Shown one piece after another: positions 26,490-35,836 of a stretch of 64,000 nt of DNA. The DNA is from a virus. Under the pieces are notes generated by a model. The model did not search any database and was not told the DNA's origin. It worked only from the letters and a program-made list of their open reading frames with translations. The DNA is taken from positions 64,001 to 128,000 of the IMG/VR virus record IMGVR_UViG_3300045988_149468. One strand, 5' to 3'. Position numbers and translations under genes: made by a program. Within the stretch, counting starts at the first letter, position 1; each line of letters starts with the position of its first letter.

Positions 26490-27035
26490 TTATGAAATAT
26501 ATTCAAATTCATAATCATAATTATTTGCTTTTTTACCTTTCAATATTGAAGTTATTGTTTTTCTATTCAATTTCAATTCATTAGCACAAGAACGTATTGA
26601 TTTAAATATAAATTCTTCTCCTGTAATTTTATGAATTGCTTTAACACCACATCTATATGTGCTTCTGTATAAATTAGAATCATATGAGTGTTGTGTATTT
26701 TTACTATTAGAAATCCATTCTAAATTTTTAGCATTATTATTTAATTTGTCCCCATCTATATGATTGACCATGCAATTTATATTTGTCTTACCTTCCACAA
26801 ATGCTTCAGCTACTAATTGATGAACTCTTTTATAACATCTTTTCTTATCTTTTCTCAATATTACTTGTTTGTACCCCACATTATCAACCCATTGACATAA
26901 TTCTTTTTCTTTAGTTTTAACTCTAGATATCACTATTCCATCATCTGTTATATAATAATTTGGAAAACCTATTATTTCTTTTATCACATTTAATACCCCA
27001 CTCAATATTATATTAATTAAATCCCTCCTACCCAA
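26490..27035 (-). CDS. HNH homing endonuclease (NUMOD4 + HNH_3 + C-terminal DNA-binding module)
   Basis: IIGFPNYYITDDGIVISRV (NUMOD4-like), HQLVAEAFV....VNHIDGDKLNNNAKNLEWISNSKNTQH (HNH_3) and a C-terminal helix-turn-helix-like tail. True start is probably internal. Confidence 0.7.
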   Translation of the reverse strand: MGRRDLINIILSGVLNVIKEIIGFPNYYITDDGIVISRVKTKEKELCQWVDNVGYKQVILRKDKKRCYKRVHQLVAEAFVEGKTNINCMVNHIDGDKLNNNAKNLEWISNSKNTQHSYDSNLYRSTYRCGVKAIHKITGEEFIFKSIRSCANELKLNRKTITSILKGKKANNYDYEFEYIS

Positions 27036-27155
27036 CCCTTTAAATTATTAACTATATAATTTAATCATCATTAATTTGGATAATTGTTTTTCTAAAGTGT
27101 TAACTATTTGATGCATAAAATCCACCTCCTATTATTAATTTATATATTTAAAATA

Positions 27156-29444
27156 TTATTCACATTTTGTATATGAACAATTAGGGCAAGAAACACAATT
27201 TCCTGTACTATCAAGATCACTTGAACAAATTGGACATTTTCTAAAATTTATTGCAAACCAATCTTCACCATATTTTTTAATCAGTTCTTTTTCTTCATTT
27301 GTAAATTTATTTTCTTCTTTTATTGTTCTATTAGTTTTATAATATCCTAATTCTACTAATTCAGATAAACATTCATTCTGTAATTCTTTTTCGACATCTA
27401 ATAAAGTATATAATATACTTGTTCCACAAGAATTTCCTTTTGATACATATTTTCCTTTCGCCCTAGCTGTTGCATAACTACTACATTTACCTGCTCCTTC
27501 AAAAGATTTTTTATAAGATGCTAATGTACTTCCATGTCTTAATCCATTAGATATTGATATTGCTATATTTTGAATATTCAAAGCACAACCACCAGCTGAG
27601 GAATTAGTAACATAGACATCAAATATTCTTTTTTCTTTTGGAATTACAGATATATGTAACATCATTTTTCCACAACCCGAATATATTTTTCTTGTAACTT
27701 CTATTAAATTGTCAGGTTTCTTTTCATATTCACCTCTATGTAATTCATCTTCTATTTTGCTTTCATTGGTAGTTAATATTCCCATCCTTTTGCAACCATC
27801 TCTAAAACAAGTAATACCTTTAAGTCCATACTTCCATGCTTCCATATATATATTTTCTATATCTTCTACTGTTGTATCATTAGGTAAATTTATTGTTGAA
27901 GATATTCCTGTATCTATATATTTTTGCCAAGTACCTTGCATTTTTATCCTATTTATATAAGATATATCTTGTGATTCAATGAAATAATTTGGTAAATTAT
28001 CTGAATTATCATTTGTTACTTGTTTATAGTCTTTTACAATTTGACTATCTACTTTAAAATATTTATCTCCATTACCTAAACTTTCTGTCTTTCTATTATA
28101 TGAGAACCTAAAATTAGGTTCAATACCAGTTGATGTACCTAGCATAGTCCCTATGCTTCCAGTAGGAGCAATAGAAGTTAATGATACATTTCTTAATCCA
28201 TTTTCTTTAACTATCTCTTTTACTTCATCGCATATTATATCATTATACAATTTAGATTTTAATAAAGAATAATAATTATAATTAGGGAAAACGCCCTGTT
28301 CTTTAGCTAATAATGAAGATTGTTTTATGCATTCGTTTATAAAGATATTTCCTAAATCTTCACTAAATTTTAATGATTGTTCATCTCCATATGTAAATCC
28401 TAATTTAATAAATGTATCAGAAAGTCCCATTATACCTATACCAACTTGTCTCCATAATTTCGATTGATCTTGTTGCTCTTTTAATGGTAATCTATAAATG
28501 TTTTCATCTAATACTTCATTCATAGCTCTAACTACTACTTTAATTGCTTTTATAAATGATTCATAATCAAATTTTGAATCATTTGTAAATGGATTTAAAA
28601 CAAATTCCGATAAATTTAATGATGAAAGCAAACATGAGGAATTTTCTGATAAAGGTTGCTCACCACATGGATTTGTTGAAGTTATATTATAATTTTCATA
28701 ACCATTTGTAAGATTATAATTTTGTATTCTATTATTAAATAAACAACCAGGTTCTCCCATTTCATGATTATTCTCACATAATTTTCTAAATATCTTTCTT
28801 GCATTTACATTTTTTTTCAAAATATCTCCATGCTCAGTTATAAATTTTAATTCCCAATCTTTATTATTTTCGACAGCTTTCATGAATTTATCATTAACTT
28901 TAACTGATATATTCGCCTTAGTAACCCTATCTAAATCTTTTTTTATATCTATAAATTCTTCAATATCAGGATGATCTATTTCCATTGTCAACATCAAAGC
29001 ACCTTTCCTGTTGTTTTGTCCTATTATTTCTGTAGTTAATGAATATAAATCCATGAAACTAACTGCCCCTGTTGTTGTCTTAGCACTATTATTAACTTTC
29101 ATTCCATTAGGTCTTAAATTACTAATATCAAAACCTACTCCACCACCAAAGCTGAATACTCTTGCTGATTTTTTAGCTGTATCAAATATTGATTCTATAC
29201 TATCTTTAGGTGCTGGAATTACAAAACAATTTGACATACAACTATTATTATTTATTCCTCTATTTGAAAGTATGCGTCCTCCAAATAAAAATTTCTTATC
29301 TATTATTAACTGTTTTAATTCTTTATCCCCATTTGATATTCTATCTAGCCATTCATCGAATGTTTCATTATCATATTGATATTTATTTTTCCATATATCT
29401 TGTCCTAATTTATTGTCTTTTCCTAACCACTCTTGTACTAACAT
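27156..29444 (-). CDS. nrdJ: Ribonucleotide reductase, class II (adenosylcobalamin-dependent, monomeric type)
   Basis: Active-site block TSTNPCGEQPLSENSSCLLSSLNL and TIAPTGSIG. C-terminal CxxC...CxxC tail (CPICSS..CVSCPNC). No NrdB-like partner or glycyl-radical motif in the window. Confidence 0.75.
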   Translation of the reverse strand: MLVQEWLGKDNKLGQDIWKNKYQYDNETFDEWLDRISNGDKELKQLIIDKKFLFGGRILSNRGINNNSCMSNCFVIPAPKDSIESIFDTAKKSARVFSFGGGVGFDISNLRPNGMKVNNSAKTTTGAVSFMDLYSLTTEIIGQNNRKGALMLTMEIDHPDIEEFIDIKKDLDRVTKANISVKVNDKFMKAVENNKDWELKFITEHGDILKKNVNARKIFRKLCENNHEMGEPGCLFNNRIQNYNLTNGYENYNITSTNPCGEQPLSENSSCLLSSLNLSEFVLNPFTNDSKFDYESFIKAIKVVVRAMNEVLDENIYRLPLKEQQDQSKLWRQVGIGIMGLSDTFIKLGFTYGDEQSLKFSEDLGNIFINECIKQSSLLAKEQGVFPNYNYYSLLKSKLYNDIICDEVKEIVKENGLRNVSLTSIAPTGSIGTMLGTSTGIEPNFRFSYNRKTESLGNGDKYFKVDSQIVKDYKQVTNDNSDNLPNYFIESQDISYINRIKMQGTWQKYIDTGISSTINLPNDTTVEDIENIYMEAWKYGLKGITCFRDGCKRMGILTTNESKIEDELHRGEYEKKPDNLIEVTRKIYSGCGKMMLHISVIPKEKRIFDVYVTNSSAGGCALNIQNIAISISNGLRHGSTLASYKKSFEGAGKCSSYATARAKGKYVSKGNSCGTSILYTLLDVEKELQNECLSELVELGYYKTNRTIKEENKFTNEEKELIKKYGEDWFAINFRKCPICSSDLDSTGNCVSCPNCSYTKCE

Positions 29445-29475
29445 ATAATCACTCCTTATTAATTAATATATTGAA

Positions 29476-29616
29476 TTATTTATCTTTAGCTACTAAATCA
29501 TAATTATTTAATAACCATTTTAATAAACAATCAACAAATTCTTCTGTTCTACATATTCTGTCACATTCTTTATTTTCACAATATTGTTCGTGTTTATTTA
29601 ATAACTCCTCCATCAT
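29476..29616 (-). CDS. Small Cys-rich ORF (46 aa, not in ORF track)
   Basis: MMEELLNKHEQYCENKECDRICRTEEFVDCLLKWLLNNYDLVAKDK. Overlaps the preceding micro-ORF and fills an otherwise empty gap in a dense operon. Confidence 0.35.
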   Translation of the reverse strand: MMEELLNKHEQYCENKECDRICRTEEFVDCLLKWLLNNYDLVAKDK

Positions 29617-29698
29617 TATTATCATCTCCAAATACAAATTTCTCTATTAAACAAAGCACAATTATTAAACCTATTAATCCACCTATTACTTTAATCAT
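29594..29698 (-). CDS. Micro-ORF, hydrophobic peptide (34 aa)
   Basis: MIKVIGGLIGLIIVLCLIEKFVFGDDNNDGGVIK. Its ATG overlaps the stop of the upstream micro-ORF. Confidence 0.3.
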   Translation of the reverse strand: MIKVIGGLIGLIIVLCLIEKFVFGDDNNDGGVIK

Positions 29699-29855
29699 CT
29701 TCGTCCACCATCATTTCTAATTCATCTTTAAACTGTAATTCATATTCATCATCTATACATTTCATATTACCTTTTTCATCATAAGTAATATATAAATGTA
29801 ACATAAAACTTGGCACTTCTCTTTTTGTCTTCTTATTTATAATCCTTACCTTCAA
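29691..29855 (-). CDS. Small acidic ORF (54 aa, TTG start)
   Basis: TTG at 29855 lies 6 nt after GGAGGTGG. Ends in the acidic tail ELEMMVDEDD. Confidence 0.35.
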   Translation of the reverse strand: MKVRIINKKTKREVPSFMLHLYITYDEKGNMKCIDDEYELQFKDELEMMVDEDD

Positions 29856-29872
29856 ATAACCACCTCCTATTA

Positions 29873-30262
29873 TTAATTATTTATATACCAATCACCAAAT
29901 ATTTCGTTATGACTAAACATATGAAGTTCTGTTATCCATTTATTATATTCTGTATCAAAGTAAAATACACTTTCATTTCTATTAGGTGAAGTTATATATT
30001 TTGTTCCACTATAACAACTTTCTATCTCTTTCCCTTCTTTTAAGGATTTCATAGCCTCTTCAAAAGTATATTTTTTCTTGTCTAATATAAATATATCATT
30101 TAAACTAACACCAATATCCTTATATTCATCATCAAATTTAAATATTATACTGTTATAGGTTTTTTGAATTTTTGTTAATCTTTTATTTTTGTATTTATTA
30201 AGCCAAATTTCACCATCATTAATTGTATTTATTACTTCTTGAAATGTTTTTTCAACTACCAT
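29873..30262 (-). CDS. Hypothetical protein
   Basis: 129 aa, preceded by the conserved leader (AATATAGAAATTAATAATAGGAGG). Confidence 0.5.
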   Translation of the reverse strand: MVVEKTFQEVINTINDGEIWLNKYKNKRLTKIQKTYNSIIFKFDDEYKDIGVSLNDIFILDKKKYTFEEAMKSLKEGKEIESCYSGTKYITSPNRNESVFYFDTEYNKWITELHMFSHNEIFGDWYINN

Positions 30263-30397
30263 TTTGACCTCCTATTATTAATTTCTATATTGAATATATA
30301 AGTATTTCAAGGTATAAACACCTTATGAACTTTTTTGAAAGCCCTAAAATCGCTTTTAGACAGTAGCTATTTTTAGTGTTTATACCAAATTATTTAA

Positions 30398-30679
30398 CTA
30401 TTTAGCTTCATGTGGTACATGAGGAACAACATCGTCTATGTATTTCTTTAATTCATCAACTTTATTTATTAATGATTCTAAATCAGATGCATTTGTTATT
30501 TTTAATTCTTTGTCTACAATATATTTTAATGCTGAATTTATAGATGGACAAAATCCAATATCTTTAAATTCTTTTTCTACTAATCCTGTATTTCTTCTAG
30601 TTATCTCTACTTCTTTTTGTACAATGTAACAATAAGCATCACTTGTTATTCTATAATCATTTCCTAGGTTTAATATCAT
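30398..30679 (-). CDS. Hypothetical protein
   Basis: 93 aa; SD AGGAGGTAATAAA. Confidence 0.5.
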   Translation of the reverse strand: MILNLGNDYRITSDAYCYIVQKEVEITRRNTGLVEKEFKDIGFCPSINSALKYIVDKELKITNASDLESLINKVDELKKYIDDVVPHVPHEAK

Positions 30680-30703
30680 TTTATTACCTCCTAAATTGTT
30701 TTT

Positions 30704-31045
30704 TTAATTTAAAAATATAGAATCAATTATATCAGATATGTTTATTAGATCAACATTAGTTGTTTTATCACCAACTAATTTAACTATTATATTTTCTAAT
30801 AAACAATCACAATTCTCTTTGTAATAATTTATTTTAATTTCAAGTTCTTTATCATCACTATAATAATTAGCCTTCATACATGATTGTTGAATTTCTTTAG
30901 CATTTATAGTTCTGATATCTGTTAATTTTAATTTATATTTTTTAAATAATTTTGTATTTATGGCAAGAAGTTTATTGTATATGTGTAATATATTAATGTT
31001 TTCGTTATATTTAAGTATTATTTTTAATTCATTTTTAGTGTTCAT
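30704..31045 (-). CDS. Hypothetical protein
   Basis: 113 aa, coupled to the upstream ORF. Confidence 0.45.
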   Translation of the reverse strand: MNTKNELKIILKYNENINILHIYNKLLAINTKLFKKYKLKLTDIRTINAKEIQQSCMKANYYSDDKELEIKINYYKENCDCLLENIIVKLVGDKTTNVDLINISDIIDSIFLN

Positions 31046-31046
31046 A

Positions 31047-31244
31047 TTAATTCAACAACTGATATGTTGTTTCTCTTTCTACAAAATCATCATATACAAT
31101 TAAAACTCCTATTAATTTATCATTTAATTTCATTGGTTTAATATCTAATACTTCTTTTATATTATCTTCTAGCCAATCATTTACTTTTTGTTCTATTTTC
31201 TTTGCACTTTCATCTACTATAAACTTAACTTTCATTATCGTCAC
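31047..31244 (-). CDS. Hypothetical protein
   Basis: 65 aa. First gene after the promoter at 31245-31300. Confidence 0.45.
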   Translation of the reverse strand: MTIMKVKFIVDESAKKIEQKVNDWLEDNIKEVLDIKPMKLNDKLIGVLIVYDDFVERETTYQLLN

Positions 31245-31300
31245 CCCTTACTTATTAATTTCTATATTTATATATTACCATATTTAACATTTATTGTCAA
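31245..31300 (-). promoter_or_regulatory. Early promoter + conserved leader
   Basis: TTGACA (31295-31300 on +), 17-nt spacer ending in TGG, then TAATAT, then ATAAATATAGAAATTAATAAG. A 39-nt block is identical to the promoter at 40264-40326. Confidence 0.55.
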
Positions 31301-31303
31301 TGA

Positions 31304-33175
31304 TTATTTTGTAAATTTTTTATATTTTGTTAAAATCATTTCTTTATCTTCTAATTCTATCCATTTGTCACCTTCTTTTTTCTTTTTATTCTTAATTTGA
31401 TATCCTTTAATACTAATCACATCACCTATTTCTAATGGATCTTGCTTAAAATTCTTTTTATATATTTTTACATCTTTTAATTTACCATTTCCTATACCAT
31501 ATAAAGTAATTCTAGGTGTGTATTTAGTATTTATATCTGTAATAATACATTTATTTCCCATAGATTTATCTATTATATTACAATTACCACAAAATTCAAA
31601 ATAGGTTTTAATTAATTCTATAGTGTCTGTTCCATTATCCTTAATATGTTTTTCTATTGCAATTAACATTGGTAATATATCAATAAAAATATATTTTTTT
31701 TCTGTTTCTCTTTCAGCATATTTACTAAATATTTTATTTAAGCTAGGATATTTATCTTTTGATAATTGTTTTTTACCATAAAATGTTTGATAAAATTCAT
31801 ATACTTTTAATAGTTTTTGAACACCACCAAATTCACTAAAGAAATTCAATGATATTAATATTGTCATTTGTTTAGAGTTTATTTTTTTACCTATGTCAAC
31901 TAATAATTCTACAAAAGAATTATAATTATTATCTTTTAAAGAATATAATAATTCACCTGCATTTTTATTTAAGTTTTTAATTGATTTTATACCTTTATAT
32001 ATAGAATTGCTCTCTCTATCTAAAAAATATTCAGATCTGGAAAATCTAAATTTAGGATTTTTAATTTCTATATTGAAATATTCCATTTCTTTGGTCAATC
32101 TAGCAGTTCTTTCAGTATCATCTTCATATTCATTTAATGCTACGGTATAATATTCTAAAGGATAATGAGATTTTAAATAAGCACCATATAAACTATCATA
32201 AGCGTAAGATAAAGAGTGACTAGCATTAAAACTGTAATGAGAGGCATTTTCAATTACTTGCCATGTTTCATTAAAACCTTCCTCTTTTCCTACCACATTG
32301 ATCCAACCTTTTTTTAATTTAATTTTTAATTCTTCTAATTCTTTTTCTTTAAACTTCTTTTTGCTAATTTTTTTAATTATTGTATATGTTTCACTTTCAT
32401 CTATACCTAACCATATCAAATATTTCATTATAGATTCTTGATACATAAGGTAATGATAACTATCTTCTAATAAATTATCTAGTTTTTTTACTCCTGTTGT
32501 ATATTCTTTTCTTTCTATAAAATTATTTAATAAAGATGCAAATCCTGGTCTAATAGAGGCTACAAAAGCCGACATTTCTGCCAAACTTTTAGGTTTATAT
32601 TTCATTATTAAATCAGTAGCAAATTTACTATCAGCTTGATTTATAGAACAGGTTAATCCTTTCTCATATATATTCCATGTTTTATCATCTAATAATTTTG
32701 ATAATTCAGTAGTCGTAGGTATTAAAATATTTGCTAATTTACAAACATCTTTTATAATTTTCCATATACTAACTTGTAAAATGTCATTTTTAAGATATTT
32801 ATATTTATCACAATTAATTCCATCTATATTGCAAACAAATACATCTCCCGCTTTTAATAAACCTATCTCCTCACTTATAGGTTGAGATAATAATAAAGTA
32901 GAACATGGACTTTGTGATACAGATTCTATTGTTCCGACAAAGTGCTTACTCTCTTCAATTATTTTGTTCCAATTCTCATCATCTATATAATTATCTAAAT
33001 CTTTTGCTACTTCATTATAATCATTAATATTTAATCCTATTGCTTTACAATACAATCTAAATGCACTAGCTTTTTGCAAAGGTTTAAAACTTAACATCCA
33101 ATGACAATTATCTTCACCTAATAATTTCTTTGAAGCATCAATAAATGGTTGTTGTTCAGCAACATTTGTATCCAC
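31304..33175 (-). CDS. dnaE: DNA polymerase III alpha subunit (DnaE type), exon 2
   Basis: Contains Pol III alpha fingers/HhH-type blocks (e.g. FNASHSLSYAYDSLYGAYLKSHYPLEYY). Frame begins directly at the intron 3' end (GTG GAT ACA = VDT). Confidence 0.7.
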   Translation of the reverse strand: MDTNVAEQQPFIDASKKLLGEDNCHWMLSFKPLQKASAFRLYCKAIGLNINDYNEVAKDLDNYIDDENWNKIIEESKHFVGTIESVSQSPCSTLLLSQPISEEIGLLKAGDVFVCNIDGINCDKYKYLKNDILQVSIWKIIKDVCKLANILIPTTTELSKLLDDKTWNIYEKGLTCSINQADSKFATDLIMKYKPKSLAEMSAFVASIRPGFASLLNNFIERKEYTTGVKKLDNLLEDSYHYLMYQESIMKYLIWLGIDESETYTIIKKISKKKFKEKELEELKIKLKKGWINVVGKEEGFNETWQVIENASHYSFNASHSLSYAYDSLYGAYLKSHYPLEYYTVALNEYEDDTERTARLTKEMEYFNIEIKNPKFRFSRSEYFLDRESNSIYKGIKSIKNLNKNAGELLYSLKDNNYNSFVELLVDIGKKINSKQMTILISLNFFSEFGGVQKLLKVYEFYQTFYGKKQLSKDKYPSLNKIFSKYAERETEKKYIFIDILPMLIAIEKHIKDNGTDTIELIKTYFEFCGNCNIIDKSMGNKCIITDINTKYTPRITLYGIGNGKLKDVKIYKKNFKQDPLEIGDVISIKGYQIKNKKKKEGDKWIELEDKEMILTKYKKFTK

Positions 33176-33463
33176 CCTTTATACCGTAGCTTTCGCTATA
33201 CTTTAACACTTATTTAAAAGTCGGAGTAGACTATACCATCAACGTTGATATTATCTCGGTTGCCTCTTGGTAGTCGTTGCGACCTTCCCATATCTTTCAT
33301 TAGACTTAGGGCTGTGTCTCAAGATTGCCCAATCCTTAATCTTGTTACTATACCTAATTAGTTAAATTAGCCATACTTCGGTTTCCCTAGTACTTAGTAA
33401 TTAAGGCTCTAAGGGGTTTCCTTGATATTCGAGGTTTTCATTATATATCACTATATAATGCGA
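33176..33463 (-). ncRNA. Group I intron catalytic core
   Basis: On the leftward strand: CUAGGGAAAC with CCCUAAG (P4-like with a bulged A); GGUCGCAACGACUACC (R-like, + coords 33269-33284) pairing via GACUA/UAGUC with GAUGGUAUAGUCUAC (S-like, 33226-33240); a UAGC-GAAA-GCUA tetraloop hairpin near the 3' end. Confidence 0.65.
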
Positions 33464-34465
33464 CTATTTTATTATTATATATGTTTTATTATTTATAAAA
33501 ATTTCAGAGGATTCTTTTAATATTCTTTTTATTTTCTTTAATCCTAATCCTGTTTCTTTTTGTAACTCAGGATACCCATAATAAAATTTATTGTCTTCTT
33601 TACAAAGAAATATATTATAATTACATTTACAATTTTTATAGAATACTATCAATTCTTCCCATAATTTCTCTTTATTAACAACATAATCATCGTCTATTTC
33701 TTTAAAATGATATGCTTTTATCGTTACTCTACTTCTATTAAGTATCCCTACGTTATTGTTATATTTTTCTTTTGCAAATTTTATACATTTAAAAATTTCA
33801 CCAGTCTCTAAACATACTACTCTTTTTGCCATGCCATGTTCTTCATTTTTTAAACCATTGTTTTTCATGAATTCGCTAAATTTTTTCTTCTTTTCTTCAC
33901 TCCAATAGTTTCCATAATTAGGGTTATTCTCACCATCATATTTGCCTAATTTTATTTCTCTAGCATGATTTTTCATTTCTTTAGTCCAGTAATGAGCATA
34001 ATTAGGATTATTTTCTCCTTTAACTATATCTGATATTTTATTTCTAAATTCCTCACTTTTGTAAACACTATCTTCATTTGTTCTTATTTCAATCATTTTT
34101 CTTCTGAAATCTTCATCTTCCCATCTTTTCTTCGATAATTCTCCTTGTTTCTTCTTCCACTCTTCATCTGGTTTCCATCCAGATACTCCTTCTCCCCCAT
34201 CGGTTTGATTTGTTAATCTATATTCGGGATAATGTTCTCTATAATATTTAATTAATGCTCTTTCATATTTAAAAGCCTCATCTTCTTTTAAATTATCTAT
34301 TTTAATTCTAAAGTTACAATTATGGGTATTATACATATCTTTAAAGAATTTATTTCTTCCCGATACAGTTTCAGCCCTTCTTTCTTTCCCTTTCCCTACA
34401 TAAAAAACTTCATCTGTATCTACTATAAACCATTCATAAATATAATAATTATTCATTTTTTTCAC
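33464..34465 (-). CDS. GIY-YIG homing endonuclease with NUMOD3 repeats (intron-encoded)
   Basis: N-terminal YYIYEW....VFYVGKGKERR (GIY...YIG...R). Repeated ENNPNY(A/G)xYW(T/S)xExK motifs (NUMOD3). SD AAGGAGGTGAAAAAA. Confidence 0.75.
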   Translation of the reverse strand: MKKMNNYYIYEWFIVDTDEVFYVGKGKERRAETVSGRNKFFKDMYNTHNCNFRIKIDNLKEDEAFKYERALIKYYREHYPEYRLTNQTDGGEGVSGWKPDEEWKKKQGELSKKRWEDEDFRRKMIEIRTNEDSVYKSEEFRNKISDIVKGENNPNYAHYWTKEMKNHAREIKLGKYDGENNPNYGNYWSEEKKKKFSEFMKNNGLKNEEHGMAKRVVCLETGEIFKCIKFAKEKYNNNVGILNRSRVTIKAYHFKEIDDDYVVNKEKLWEELIVFYKNCKCNYNIFLCKEDNKFYYGYPELQKETGLGLKKIKRILKESSEIFINNKTYIIIK

Positions 34466-34517
34466 CTCCTTTCTTAATTATCTTTATTTAAATAAAACAT
34501 ATATAATAATTATGTTA

Positions 34518-35720
34518 ATCGGGTAATGATTTACTCTGTAATATTCTTGTTGTACTCATAAATCTTGAAGGATATAACGTAATTGGTGAATCAAGTCTAT
34601 CCAATGAAGTGAATCCTAATAATTTATTAATATAGAAACTAGGGGCTGAACCTCTCGAACTTTTTGTTATTATTCCATGATATTCAGTTGTAGCTAATTT
34701 TATCATCTTATAATTTATTAAAAAATATTCAGCCATATTAGTATCTTTTATGACTTGCCATTCATCTTTTATAGCTTGTATATATTCATCTTTTCTGTTT
34801 AGATTTATATTATTTAGTTCCTTTTTAAATTCTTTTTCTATTATTTCACCTAATTCTTTATTAGGATTATTTGATATATGGGGCATTTTTATATCATCAT
34901 CAAACTGTATTCCTTCATATTTATCAAATATAAGAGTATTGTCTAACGCTTGTTTAATTTGTTTATCTGTCAATATACCTTGTTCTCTATATCTTTGAAC
35001 AACTGTTTTATAATTTGGATAATCTAATATAAAATTATTTTCATCTTCATAATTTATACCTTTAGCATGAAGAAATAAATCTCTATATTTGCTATCTTCA
35101 GGTTTTATATAATGGGAATCATTAGCATGAATAATTTGTATATTGTATTTATCTGCATATTCTAATAATCTTTTATTATATATCTTTTGTATATCTACAT
35201 TATGATTTTGAACTTCTAAATAAAAATTATCACCAAAATATTCTTTCATTTTAATTATCCATTCTTCAGAACCTTCAATATTTCTAAGTCTTGAAGCAAC
35301 ACAAGCAGTAGTAATTATAACGTCATTAGGATTTAAATTAAACAATAATTCGTTATCTATTCTTGGTTTATAATAATATCCAGTTATATTTGCTTCGGAT
35401 AATATTTTATTAAGTTGTTTTCTTCCATTATTATTTAAAGCTATTATAACTAAATGGTAATTAGATTTATCTTTTTTGTATCTATCTTCTACATAATAAA
35501 CTTCTGCACCGATCATAAGTTTTAATCCATTTTCTTTACACAATGTATAAGCTTCATATACATTGCCTTGATAACCATGTTCTGTTGTAAAATAAATCCC
35601 TTTATCACCATCCAATTCTTTAATCCTATTAATATAATCTATTGGCTTAACTATTACATCTAAACTTCTTAAATTAGAATAATGTGTATGTTTATGATAA
35701 TTATTATAACGATATTCCAA
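34518..35720 (-). CDS. dnaE: DNA polymerase III alpha subunit (DnaE type), exon 1 (PHP domain)
   Basis: N-terminal PHP motif (YHKHTHYSNLRSLD), HANDSH etc. ORF ends ..SRFMSTTRILQSKSLPD, then TAA, which is read here as the first intron codon. Confidence 0.7.
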
Positions 35721-35784
35721 TTCTTATTCACCACCTTATTAATTATTATATTTATATTATATATCTATTGCCAAAATTTGTCAA
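35721..35784 (-). promoter_or_regulatory. Early promoter of dnaE + conserved leader
   Basis: TTGACA-AATTTTGGCAATAGATA-TATAAT (consensus hexamers, 17-nt spacer), then ATAAATATAATAATTAATAAGGTGGTG and a TTG start. Confidence 0.6.
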
Positions 35785-35836
35785 TATAATTATTAAAAAA
35801 GGTAGATATTTTTTTAAATACCTACCTTTACAATAA

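Larger units (their letters stand above)
33176..34517 (-). mobile_element. Group I intron carrying a GIY-YIG homing endonuclease gene, inserted in dnaE
   Basis: Interrupts the Pol III alpha ORF between ..SLPD and VDTNV... Contains an HEG ORF plus a 288-nt ORF-free, GC-richer core with group I R- and S-like elements. The exon 1 last nucleotide is U and the proposed intron last nucleotide is G. Confidence 0.7.

Noticed and set aside
34466-34517. A conventional P1/internal guide sequence within the first ~50 nt of the intron.
   Set aside because: No complement to the exon end (ACCCGAU) occurs in 34466-34517. The only plausible pairing found (UAGUCG) lies after the HEG stop codon. The exact 5' splice site and P1 therefore remain tentative and are flagged as such, not asserted.
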